NCBI GenBank assembly: GCA_009780285.1
Contig: WRAL01000001.1
Coordinates: forward strand, 1-44,592
Origin: Treponema sp.
Lineage (GTDB): Bacteria; Spirochaetota; Spirochaetia; Treponematales; Breznakiellaceae
Length of the DNA: 44,592 nucleotides
Direction of reading: 5' to 3'
A model generated the notes under the pieces. That model saw only the letters and a list, made by a program, of their open reading frames with translations. It did no database searches and was not told the origin of the DNA. The position numbers were made by a program, and so were the translations under genes. Shown here piece by piece: positions 1 to 8,617 of this stretch; positions within the stretch are counted from its first letter, which is position 1, and each line of letters begins with the position of its first letter.

Positions 1-112
1 ATATGGGCCGGGAGCTTTGGGACGGCGGCGTCTGCAACATCTTTTTCGCGTCGGGAAGGAGGTGGCAGTTTGAGCCGGCTTCCCCGGCGGATCGCGTTTT
101 AGGATAGACGCA

Positions 113-445
113 ATGGAAAAAACTCTTGCGATTTGCGGCGTTTCGGAAAAGTTCCGATACCAGGGGCCGCGCTATAAAAGGCTTGGCGGCACTTCCGGGG
201 AAGAGTTCCGCGACGAGCATCTTGTTCCCTGGCTGCGCGGAATCAGGCCCGGCGTCCGGGCCGCGATAGACTTTGCCGGAACGAAGGTCTATGGAGCGGG
301 CTTTTTGGAGGAGTGCTTCGGCGGGGCGGCGCGCGCAAGCGGCCAAAACAAGGAAAAGCTCGCCGCCGCGCGCTTCCTTAACATCGATCCGTTTTGGGAG
401 GGGAAGATACGGGCCTTTATTCGGGAAGCCGAGCCTTCCGCATGA
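113..445 (+). CDS. STAS-like domain protein (DUF4325 family)
   Basis: Motifs SGEEFRDEHL and IDFAGTKVYGAGFLEECFGG match the DUF4325 pattern. Confidence 0.7.
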   Translation: MEKTLAICGVSEKFRYQGPRYKRLGGTSGEEFRDEHLVPWLRGIRPGVRAAIDFAGTKVYGAGFLEECFGGAARASGQNKEKLAAARFLNIDPFWEGKIRAFIREAEPSA

Positions 446-660
446 CCTATTATCCCTTCGAAAGGCCGTCCGCGCTCGAAAGCGTCGGGTGCGGCATGGA
501 CTTTTGGGGCGCGCTAAGCCCGCGCAGGCTGCTCCCGGCGGGGGAGGACGCGGATAGGGACGCGCTCGCGTCGGACGGCCGGGCGATAATGGACGACTTC
601 CGCAAGGCGTTCATCGTCGCGACGGGCGGGCCGGAAGCCGAAAACGCTGCCGGCGCCTAA
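442..660 (+). CDS. Small hypothetical protein
   Basis: ATG at 442 overlaps the upstream stop (ATGA); reads MTYYPFERPSALES... Confidence 0.5.
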   Translation: MTYYPFERPSALESVGCGMDFWGALSPRRLLPAGEDADRDALASDGRAIMDDFRKAFIVATGGPEAENAAGA

Positions 661-937
661 AAGGCCGCGATGGCCAAAATCCCCGATGCAAACGTCATTT
701 TAGGGTTCCTAAAACGCGGAGCCCGGCGCGTTCCGTCAACCGAATCAGGGCGGGAAAAGCGGCCTACTCGAAGGGACGCTCGCGCGTTTGATATGGGCCC
801 TTCTTTCGGCCAGTATTGCAAATTCCGGAGGCTTACCCTCTTCGCCGAGCGTACTGTATAATGAGGGCGCTGACAACGGGCGCGTTAGCCCGCGACTTGA
901 CGGCATGGCGCTCAAGCGATGTTTCGGGGAGACGATT

Positions 938-1198
938 ATGGGCGATTTTTGGACGGAAAAACAGAAAAAGGACATCGCCTTTTTCAATGAGAACCTCGAT
1001 AGCTGGGCCGAAAACTCGCTTTACAGGCGGAAATACGTCGTTATTTCCGGGATGGAGCTGAAGGCCCTGCATGATACCTTCGAGGCGGCGCTGGAGGCCG
1101 CCGCGCCCGCCTACGGCAACGGGAATTACATCATTCAGCAGATACTGCCTGAAGACGATACGGTCAATTTTTTGTCCCCCGCCCTGGCATTGGCTTAG
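938..1198 (+). CDS. DUF5678-like small protein
   Basis: ATG 938 after GGGGAG; FFNEN...KYVVI...TFEAAL...GNYIIQQI pattern. Confidence 0.55.
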   Translation: MGDFWTEKQKKDIAFFNENLDSWAENSLYRRKYVVISGMELKALHDTFEAALEAAAPAYGNGNYIIQQILPEDDTVNFLSPALALA

Positions 1199-1305
1199 AT
1201 GCCGACAGAGCGCTACTGGCCGTTGAAGGGGTTTTCATCTTTGGGCCTTATGCGGCTAGGCTTCAACCTGTACGCGGAGGCATCCACGGCAAACGCATTG
1301 CGGAT

Positions 1306-1575
1306 TCACGCGAAGGCCACCTGTCTGTTGTGGAAAGTAACCACGTCCGTTCCCGGAGCCTGGCACTTTTTCACGATAAAGGTTTCAAGCTCGCTTCCTT
1401 TCACTGAATCGAACGCGGCGGCTTCCTCGGCGAAGTAGCCGGCCACGGAACGATCCTTTATCACGACGAACTCCCCAAGGCGATTCCCCACGATCTCGCT
1501 TTGGTTTGCCACGTAGTAATCGAAATTTTCCTTTATCATATCCAGCAATGATGGCATGTTTTTTTTGCTTTTCAA
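1306..1575 (-). CDS. DUF5678-like small protein
   Basis: ENFDYY...GEFVVIKD..VAGYF....AAF...ETFIVKKC pattern; convergent with 938..1198. Confidence 0.6.
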   Translation of the reverse strand: MKSKKNMPSLLDMIKENFDYYVANQSEIVGNRLGEFVVIKDRSVAGYFAEEAAAFDSVKGSELETFIVKKCQAPGTDVVTFHNRQVAFA

Positions 1576-1664
1576 TCGGCCCCTGGCCCTTATTCCCCCT
1601 CCGCCCGCTAGTCAAGCCGCCAGTGAAACCTTAACTATGCCAGCAGCAGGCCGATAATAGCTAT

Positions 1665-2981
1665 ATGTTTGGTTTCCTAAAAAAGAAAAAGGCTGAAAAT
1701 ACACCTAAATTTGACATATTGAACGTGGGAACTTGGGATTACGCATCGCCTTTTGAGCCACTAAAATGGGGAAACGATGCCGTTTTCGCAAACAGTGATA
1801 CGGGAAAAGCCCTTACGGAAAAAGAGATGCTGCAGATAATCACGGAGATTTTTCAAGCGCTCAAATTAGACTTTGTCAAAAATGCAAAGACCTTGCAATT
1901 GATGGGATTTGAGCAGAGCACTTGCGTTTCCTTTCTATTGGAGAAATTCGCTAATGGCGTGAGCGCCAACGACGCAATGATACTTCTTGCCAATGAAATG
2001 AGCAAAAATTTGAAGCAAATCCAAAAAACCATCGGTGAGTATGATCGGGAGCAATTTAATATTCTTGACATGGACACATGGAACTTCGCATCGTCTAAGC
2101 GAGGGATGATCTGGAATGGCAAGGAACTGAGGAACGAGGAAACGGGCCGGGTGAATACGGAAAAGGACGTGGTAGGACTAGCGCGAGCGATGTTTGAGGT
2201 TCTCGAAGAAAGCTGCGAGACAATCGCCGCCGAGAAAAAAATCGAGGCCATCAAAAACCTGCTTGACAATATAGCAGACCTGGAGCAAGCCAAGCGGCGG
2301 CGCATTGAAAAAGAGGAAGAGATTGACAGCGGCATACTGGACGGGCTTTTCGACCCGCGCGATCCGGAGACCTTCCAATACGCGAAGCGCCTGAAACCGC
2401 TGGTAATCGACGGCGTTCAGATATATGACGTATATATCGATGAAGAAGGAATGGAAGCGAAGGAGAACGTCACGGAAAAGCGGTTTGCCGACGGTCTTTC
2501 CCTCACGTTCAAAATGAACTCGACGATGCCCGAAATGACAGCGGAGGAAAAGAGGGAACGCGCGGAAAAACACGTCCGGCAAAAAGTCGCCGAATGCACT
2601 CCTGCGGTGCAGCGGAATCTGAGCGTTTTCGGAGGCTACAGCTTTTCCGAGGCGCAGATGGAAATTATGGACGGCCTTTCGCCCGAGAAAAAAACTAAAA
2701 TAGGCGAAATAATGTCCACGGAAAAGAGCGGCAGAAAACGAGAACAGCAAATACGCAATTCCCTTGGCGTGGACGGATTTTGGGTGGTCAAACTGGATGA
2801 CCTGCACGATTTTCCCGATCTGGAAGAGGAGCGGATGCAGGAATACTTTATGACCTACGAATTCGACGAGGAGGACGAGATTCACGAGGTTTTCAACGCG
2901 AGCCCCTATCTGAAAAACCGCCCGCGGATGAAAGCGGAGTTGACAGAAAGGGCCATCGAGTTTTTGCGGGATGAGGAGTAG
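1665..2981 (+). CDS. Hypothetical acidic protein with three internal repeats
   Basis: 438-aa lower-GC ORF; repeated FxxxxxxT[WF]x[YF]A...TEK units. Confidence 0.75.
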   Translation: MFGFLKKKKAENTPKFDILNVGTWDYASPFEPLKWGNDAVFANSDTGKALTEKEMLQIITEIFQALKLDFVKNAKTLQLMGFEQSTCVSFLLEKFANGVSANDAMILLANEMSKNLKQIQKTIGEYDREQFNILDMDTWNFASSKRGMIWNGKELRNEETGRVNTEKDVVGLARAMFEVLEESCETIAAEKKIEAIKNLLDNIADLEQAKRRRIEKEEEIDSGILDGLFDPRDPETFQYAKRLKPLVIDGVQIYDVYIDEEGMEAKENVTEKRFADGLSLTFKMNSTMPEMTAEEKRERAEKHVRQKVAECTPAVQRNLSVFGGYSFSEAQMEIMDGLSPEKKTKIGEIMSTEKSGRKREQQIRNSLGVDGFWVVKLDDLHDFPDLEEERMQEYFMTYEFDEEDEIHEVFNASPYLKNRPRMKAELTERAIEFLRDEE

Positions 2982-2992
2982 GAAGGCAAGGC

Positions 2993-3751
2993 TCAGCGCC
3001 TGGCGTAGATTGCGCTCGTATCTTCGCGGTTTTCGCCGTGACCCCAAAGGCTGTTCTTGTCTCTATGCATATAAATCGTCACAGTACCAAGACTGCCAGC
3101 TGAGGAACTGCCATCTTGGGAATAAGCCCCTTGGGAATAAGTCCCCGTGGCGGTAAAGCCATAAGGATAATCGCCTCTAGTATTGGGATCAATATTATAT
3201 TTCCTTTCCAATTGCGCGATATAGAGGCTGAACATATCCACAAATTCGCCAGTCCGAAAATCTTCCCTTGAATATTTATACTCATCGCGGGTAATGGCCA
3301 TCCTAAAGTGAGTTCCATCTGCCTCTATGAACCAATCGCCGTAGAAATCCTCCCGCGTTATCGAGCTGGCCGGCGCAAGCCTGTCGTAAACCTGCCTCAG
3401 CGTCCCCTCCACTGAAAGCAGCCTTTGCCCGTCGCGGCTTAGGAAGAAGCGCGCCTCGTCCGTTTCCAGGCCCTTGCGGGTGGCCAGAGCGAAACCGCGC
3501 GGAAAGTCGTCGCGGGTAACGGGGTCTTCGTTTTGAAGCTCGCCCCAGGCCCAGACCTCGTAGGTATCGCTCCAATTAAAATCGTCGCTGAAAAAATCGA
3601 AAGACAGCGCATCCGCCGAAATCTCCGCGACAAGAGCCATTCCTTCCGCCTCAAGGAGCCACGCCCCATAGTAATCATCCCGCGAGTGGCCGGAGCAGGC
3701 GGCTAGCGCGAAAGCAAGGGAAAGGATGAGGGCGAGGGACATGCGTTTCAT
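2993..3751 (-). CDS. Putative lipoprotein with duplicated domain
   Basis: Signal peptide and lipobox MKRMSLALILSLAFALAA-C; two related halves. Confidence 0.75.
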   Translation of the reverse strand: MKRMSLALILSLAFALAACSGHSRDDYYGAWLLEAEGMALVAEISADALSFDFFSDDFNWSDTYEVWAWGELQNEDPVTRDDFPRGFALATRKGLETDEARFFLSRDGQRLLSVEGTLRQVYDRLAPASSITREDFYGDWFIEADGTHFRMAITRDEYKYSREDFRTGEFVDMFSLYIAQLERKYNIDPNTRGDYPYGFTATGTYSQGAYSQDGSSSAGSLGTVTIYMHRDKNSLWGHGENREDTSAIYARR

Positions 3752-3808
3752 TTAAGAGTCTCCTTAACGCCAAACAGAGCTATCTGATAAACCTTATTCG
3801 CATTGGAG

Positions 3809-4144
3809 TCATTCATCGGAAGCTTTTTGGGCGCCGGCAATCAACTCTCCCATTTCCTCTCTTAGATACTCAAGAGTATCGCCATTATTCAACAAAATAA
3901 AAGGGATCGCTAGACTGACATTAATTAGAAAGTGCCCAATGATTGCCAGCAACAGTATAATTAGAACGAGACCAAATAAAAAACCGCCTTCAATGCCCGG
4001 CAGCGAAATTATGGCGATAAGCAAAATTCCAGGGCAAACCCAATTAAGCGCAAGCAAAACCTTCCTGTAGGTTTCCATCCGTTTTCTAATTTCCGCGTTG
4101 TTTCTCATTTCCAGCCTCCTTTGGCTACGTTTATTATGGCGCAC
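3809..4144 (-). CDS. Small membrane protein (two TM helices)
   Basis: Two hydrophobic stretches; start may be the internal MRNN. Confidence 0.65.
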   Translation of the reverse strand: MRHNKRSQRRLEMRNNAEIRKRMETYRKVLLALNWVCPGILLIAIISLPGIEGGFLFGLVLIILLLAIIGHFLINVSLAIPFILLNNGDTLEYLREEMGELIAGAQKASDE

Positions 4145-4168
4145 GGGAAGAGGGTTGTCTAGCCCGCA

Positions 4169-6514
4169 CTATTCAACGAATTCCACTTCCATGTTTCTGC
4201 TAAGCCGAACCTCCTCGACAAGCTGGCGAAGCACGGCGAGCATTGCTTGCTCGTGCCCAGCGGCGGCCACGTCGCTCATCCTGCCGCTCGCGTTCAGTTC
4301 CGCGAGCTCCGCCGGCGTGAACCATGCCAGCAGATTCGCGGCCTCGCTGCGCGACTCCGATCTGTCGACCAAATAATTCTGGCTTGTCATTGGAGAGGGC
4401 ATCATTTGATTCGCGAAAGCCTGCTCTATGATCCTGCGATTCGCCATCGCCGCCTCGTCGTCACGGTCGAAAGCGCGATCCAGGGCCATGTCCATGGCCG
4501 CTCTGTTGGCGCTGGAAGCCACGGAAGCGTCGAGGCCGGCAACCGAGGGCGGCAGGTTCGTCAGCCCCTCCACGCTGGCCACGAGCGCTGCGTCGGCGGC
4601 CATCGCCTCGCGCTCCGCCCCGTGAAGCATCTCGTCCCATTCAGCCCAGGCCCCCTGCGGCGTCTCCCGCAGGCTCGGCATGAACTCGTCGAACTTTACC
4701 TGGCCCATCTGCACGTAGATGTTGGCCGTCTCGACGTTCAGCTTCGCCGCCTCAAGCTCCACGCTGGCCGCCGTGGGAAGCGTCCCGGCGGCATCGGACA
4801 TGCGGGAGTCCGCGAGGGACTGCGCCGTAAGGACGCTGCCTCCCTTGTGAAAGGTGTCGGCCTCGGTGTAGTTGAAGCCGAAGGCGTCCATAATGCGGTG
4901 AATCACGCCCAGCCTCTCGCCGCCCTCGGCGATATTGGCCAGCGCCATGAAGTTGTCCAATAGCTGCGCCCCGTGCTCGCCGCTGAAGCCCTGCTCGATC
5001 AGCTTCATCACGTCCACGATGTTCGCGCCGTCGCCGAGTATCTGGCGCGCCGCGCGGTACATGAGCACGTCGGAGGATGACTGAAGCGAGGTGGCGCCGG
5101 CTATCCCCTCGTTCATGCGAGCCAGCCTTTGCGCGCCGGCATCGCCCTTCCAAAGCGAGGAGTCGCCGGCCATTATGGAAAGGGTGGACATGGAGCGCGC
5201 CGCGTCCTCGGCGCTGCGGGAAAAGCCCCGCGCTATGCCGTCCTCCATCACGCGCTGCATCCCGCGCAGGAACTCGCCCATCTGCCCGGCGGCCATGTTC
5301 GAGGCGCCAAGGCCGGCCCAGCCGGCGCCCAGCGCGTCCCCCATTCCATGCCGCTGGGAAAGGTAGGCTATCGAGGAAAGCTCGCCCCGTTCCGCTCCGG
5401 TGGCGCGCTCGTAGCTGAAGACGCGGCCGGCCAGCACTTCCGCCGTGGCCGCGTCCATCCCGGCGCGGGCGGCCTCGCTCATGGCGGCCATGCCCTCCTC
5501 GCCGTTAAAGCCCCACTCCTGGGCGGCGGCGGCGGCGCGCGCGTGGGCGCCCCTGGGGTCGGAAGGATCGCCCTGAAGCGCGGCCAGGCGCATGGCGTTA
5601 GGCGCGAGCTTTTCCCAGTTCTCGGCGTAGGCCGCGTCCGTAAGCGCGACGTTGATGCCGGCCTGATGGCGCGCCCGTACCGCCTGGGATATGGCGCCGC
5701 CGAAAAAGGGAAGCAGGCGAAGCCAGGCGTCCGCCGTGCCGCTGCGAAGGTCGGCCTCCCTTTGCATCTCGGCTATCTGCCCGCCGCGCGCGTCGCCGGA
5801 GCCGTAGCGAGACACTATGGCGGAGCGATCCAGCGAGGCCACGTGCGTGGAGTACAGCGCGGCGGCGGTGTTGGCTGCCTTGCCCAGCATTCCCAGCGCG
5901 GCCAGCGGCCCCAGCGCCTTGGTAAGGGGCCCCAGCGCCTTTCCCAGCGGGCCGTCCTGCGCCTTGGCGCCCTTGGCGAAGTCCGCAGCCCCTCGGCTTA
6001 CCGTCGCGGCGCTTTGGCTTATTTCGGCCACGTCGCCCTTGGCCGTGGCCTCGATAAGGGCCTCGGTATTTCTGTCAAGGGCGGCCAGCAGATCGACGGT
6101 CTGCTCGTATTTCTTTTCCTCGCGGCCGGAAAGCGTCTCGCCGTTCGATCTTTTTTCCAGGATGCGCATGAAGCCCGGATCGCGAAGGATGTTCGACCGG
6201 GCCTTGTCCATCGAGAGCGAGGCGTTCTGGACGTGCTCCTTGGCGAAGCGCAGCTCGCCCTCTTTCTTCGGGTCGGTTTCCTTGGCTATGCGCGCGTCCA
6301 GGCCGGCCGCCGCGTCGCGCAGGCCGTCCTTGTGCCGGCCCGTGGCTATGCCCTGAAGCGCCTCGCGCTCGCGTATCAGCTTGGCCGGGTCGCCGCCGCG
6401 CCGTTCCATCTCGACGATGGCCGCGCTTACCTTGTCGATGGCCCCTTCCATGCTCGAAAAGCCGGAAAGCGCCTGCGACGCGTCCACCCCTATCTTAAAG
6501 CCCAGCGTTGTCAT
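4169..6514 (-). CDS. Tail tape measure protein
   Basis: 781 aa, Ala/Gly-rich, helical; N-terminus LGFKIGVDASQ; downstream of tube and chaperone genes. Confidence 0.8.
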   Translation of the reverse strand: MTTLGFKIGVDASQALSGFSSMEGAIDKVSAAIVEMERRGGDPAKLIREREALQGIATGRHKDGLRDAAAGLDARIAKETDPKKEGELRFAKEHVQNASLSMDKARSNILRDPGFMRILEKRSNGETLSGREEKKYEQTVDLLAALDRNTEALIEATAKGDVAEISQSAATVSRGAADFAKGAKAQDGPLGKALGPLTKALGPLAALGMLGKAANTAAALYSTHVASLDRSAIVSRYGSGDARGGQIAEMQREADLRSGTADAWLRLLPFFGGAISQAVRARHQAGINVALTDAAYAENWEKLAPNAMRLAALQGDPSDPRGAHARAAAAAQEWGFNGEEGMAAMSEAARAGMDAATAEVLAGRVFSYERATGAERGELSSIAYLSQRHGMGDALGAGWAGLGASNMAAGQMGEFLRGMQRVMEDGIARGFSRSAEDAARSMSTLSIMAGDSSLWKGDAGAQRLARMNEGIAGATSLQSSSDVLMYRAARQILGDGANIVDVMKLIEQGFSGEHGAQLLDNFMALANIAEGGERLGVIHRIMDAFGFNYTEADTFHKGGSVLTAQSLADSRMSDAAGTLPTAASVELEAAKLNVETANIYVQMGQVKFDEFMPSLRETPQGAWAEWDEMLHGAEREAMAADAALVASVEGLTNLPPSVAGLDASVASSANRAAMDMALDRAFDRDDEAAMANRRIIEQAFANQMMPSPMTSQNYLVDRSESRSEAANLLAWFTPAELAELNASGRMSDVAAAGHEQAMLAVLRQLVEEVRLSRNMEVEFVE

Positions 6515-6754
6515 ATCGTTCCTCCCTTGCGGGCGCAGCCCGCTTTTCTAACGCCCCCGTCCGGCCATGCCGAGAATTTAGGCATGAATGAAAAGGACGT
6601 TAGGGCCAAGGCCCTTGAGATCGCGATCTCCCTTACTAAAGCGGACGCCGGTTGCCTGTAAATGGGCGATCACGGCTACCTGTCGCTACGGGAGCCGCTC
6701 CTATCCGCCTATAAAAATGTTTGCGCTTTTTTGATGGCGGAGGGAATTCCCGAA

Positions 6755-6979
6755 CTAAACAACCGCCTTTATCGCATCGTGGAAGGGAAGTCCGGGCCAG
6801 CTTCGCCGTAGGCAAAGGACGACGCAGCCCGCCTCCACGTCCCCGCCTTCTCCGAACCTCTCGATCACGAACCCAAGCGGCCTAAGCGCGTCCTGAATCT
6901 CCATCGCCGTTTGCAAGGGGAGCGCCATGCGCTCCGATCCCGGCGCGCCGGCGCCGCTGTCCGGCTTGCTTTCTTCCAT
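6755..6979 (-). CDS. Hypothetical protein
   Basis: 74-aa ORF with GAGG RBS, co-oriented with tail genes. Confidence 0.5.
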   Translation of the reverse strand: MEESKPDSGAGAPGSERMALPLQTAMEIQDALRPLGFVIERFGEGGDVEAGCVVLCLRRSWPGLPFHDAIKAVV

Positions 6980-6991
6980 TAAATTTAGTCC

Positions 6992-7213
6992 TCATTCCTC
7001 GTCGCCCGCGTCGTCGCGAAAGCATCCGACGATTTCGACCTTCCCTTCGGAGTAGCGAATTTCCGCGACGTCGCAGCCTATGGCCTCCATCGCGGTAAGC
7101 GCCTGAATCATCGCGACGTTGCCGCGTTCCGTTAGCGCCCTTCTTTTTACGCCTTTCCTGCGCAGGACCTCGGCAAGATCATTTCTGCCGGTCCTTTTTT
7201 CCCCTTCACTCAT
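6992..7213 (-). CDS. Hypothetical protein
   Basis: 73-aa ORF after AAGGAGG RBS. Confidence 0.55.
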   Translation of the reverse strand: MSEGEKRTGRNDLAEVLRRKGVKRRALTERGNVAMIQALTAMEAIGCDVAEIRYSEGKVEIVGCFRDDAGDEE

Positions 7214-7292
7214 TCCTGCTCCTTTGCCTCTAGGCAGGCCGGCGCGGCGGCGGCAGTATCCGAGGATTCCTCGCTGGCCGCCGCCCGGCGCT

Positions 7293-7402
7293 CTAGCGTT
7301 CCGGAATATTCGGTTCGCTAAATCGCAACGTTCGGTAATTCCTTGCCAGGCAAGGAATTACCTCAACCTGCATACCGTTATTTGAAAATTCCGGAACACT
7401 AG
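7293..7402. mobile_element. MITE-like element with terminal inverted repeats and central palindrome
   Basis: CTAGCGTTCCGGAATATTC (7293-7311) vs GAAAATTCCGGAACACTAG (7384-7402), 17/19 complementary; perfect dyad GGTAATTCCTTGCC-A-GGCAAGGAATTACC at 7334-7362. Confidence 0.6.
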
Positions 7403-7710
7403 CCCTTTCCCTTTATGGCGACGATCTCCTCGCCCGAGTAGCCCATCTCGATCAGGTCCGCGTCGTCGAAGGCCGCCGTCGATCTCTCGCGCTCGGCGAA
7501 GCCCCTGCGCAGGGCCTCTATCGGGTAGCGCATGGCCGTCTCGTAGATAAGGCCCATCTGCCACTCGTCAAGCGCCCGTATCCCCTCGCTGGCCGGAGAG
7601 TCCCCCAAATGCCCCGCCGTCCACAGCGTCAGCAGCGCCCTCCTGGGAAGGTACCGGCCTATCTCCGTTCCCTCCGGCCTCCGCAAGGCGGCGCTCGACC
7701 TCCTCGCGAA
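7399..7710 (-). CDS. Tail assembly chaperone extension (T part), probably reached by +1 frameshift
   Basis: Overlaps 7568..8098 in the +1 frame; LW...HL..SP...I..LDEWQ..LIYE; no good own start. Confidence 0.6.
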   Translation of the reverse strand, partial: FARRSSAALRRPEGTEIGRYLPRRALLTLWTAGHLGDSPASEGIRALDEWQMGLIYETAMRYPIEALRRGFAERERSTAAFDDADLIEMGYSGEEIVAIKGKG

Positions 7711-8098
7711 AGGAGTGCGCCTTGCCGTAGAGCTCCGCAAGGAGTCCGCGACAAGGCAGGTTCAGAAACGAGAACTCGGGATCGGCCTTTCGGGCGCTCT
7801 CGAACCAGGCCGGGCCTTTGACCACCACAACGTCCAGCGTGGAGGCCATGACGTTGATAGCCTCGGAGCCGTCGTCCAGGCTTTCCGGCGGCCTGTGGTT
7901 CCGGCGCGCAGCCGCCAGCCTGCCTATGCGCAGGATGTCCGCTGGCTTGGGGTACTTCACCGTGAAGGCCCCCCTGCTCGTTTTGGCCTCCTCGGTGGCG
8001 TCCTTTCCCATGATCAGCGACGTGAAAAGATCGTCCCTGCGCTCCTCGTCCATTTCCCCGGAGCCGTCCCTCGGCTCTATTTTGTCCACTACCTGCAT
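7568..8098 (-). CDS. Tail assembly chaperone (G part)
   Basis: Lies between tail tube and tape measure; AAGGAGG RBS. Confidence 0.7.
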   Translation of the reverse strand: MQVVDKIEPRDGSGEMDEERRDDLFTSLIMGKDATEEAKTSRGAFTVKYPKPADILRIGRLAAARRNHRPPESLDDGSEAINVMASTLDVVVVKGPAWFESARKADPEFSFLNLPCRGLLAELYGKAHSFREEVERRLAEAGGNGDRPVPSQEGAADAVDGGAFGGLSGQRGDTGA

Positions 8099-8116
8099 GT
8101 TTCCTCCTTCCTCCCT

Positions 8117-8605
8117 TTAGTCCTTGTCCCACGTGAGCGCGCGCATCTCGACGTTGTTCTTGGCGTAGGCGTTGCCGTCCACGCTGACGCCGTTGCTGGT
8201 TATAAGCGCGCCCTTGAAGGACGCGAGAATCTTGCGCTCCCGCTTGTTGTAAAAATCGAGGTACGCGATCTTGGGCATGGAGCCTGACTCCATGTACTGC
8301 GCGCGCGAGGGCACGTAGTCCATGATCGCCTTCTTGCCGCCGTCGGCGTACTGAATCGCCCCGTCCAGCGTCCGTTTGGCCGGCAGGAAGCCGTCCAGCG
8401 AGATAGAGCAGTTGTAGCCCTGCGGGTCTATCGACACCGGGCCGAGGTTGCCTATAACCGTGGCCTCCTGCGCCTGAAAGTCCTCGCTCGCGCGAAAGCT
8501 GGCCACCAGCGCTATGGGCTGCGCGTCCGAGGCGTTGGTTCCCACCCGAACGTGGCAGTTGTAGCCAAGGGCTATTATCGCCCCGGTAACGTTTGGCAAT
8601 GCCAT
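8117..8605 (-). CDS. Tail tube protein
   Basis: 162 aa, beta-rich, directly after the sheath gene. Confidence 0.75.
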   Translation of the reverse strand: MALPNVTGAIIALGYNCHVRVGTNASDAQPIALVASFRASEDFQAQEATVIGNLGPVSIDPQGYNCSISLDGFLPAKRTLDGAIQYADGGKKAIMDYVPSRAQYMESGSMPKIAYLDFYNKRERKILASFKGALITSNGVSVDGNAYAKNNVEMRALTWDKD

Positions 8606-8617
8606 TTTTTCCCCTCC

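Noticed and set aside
7568-7740. Classical -1 slippery heptamer in the tail chaperone
   Set aside because: The downstream ORF is in the +1 frame and I saw no suitable XXXYYYZ
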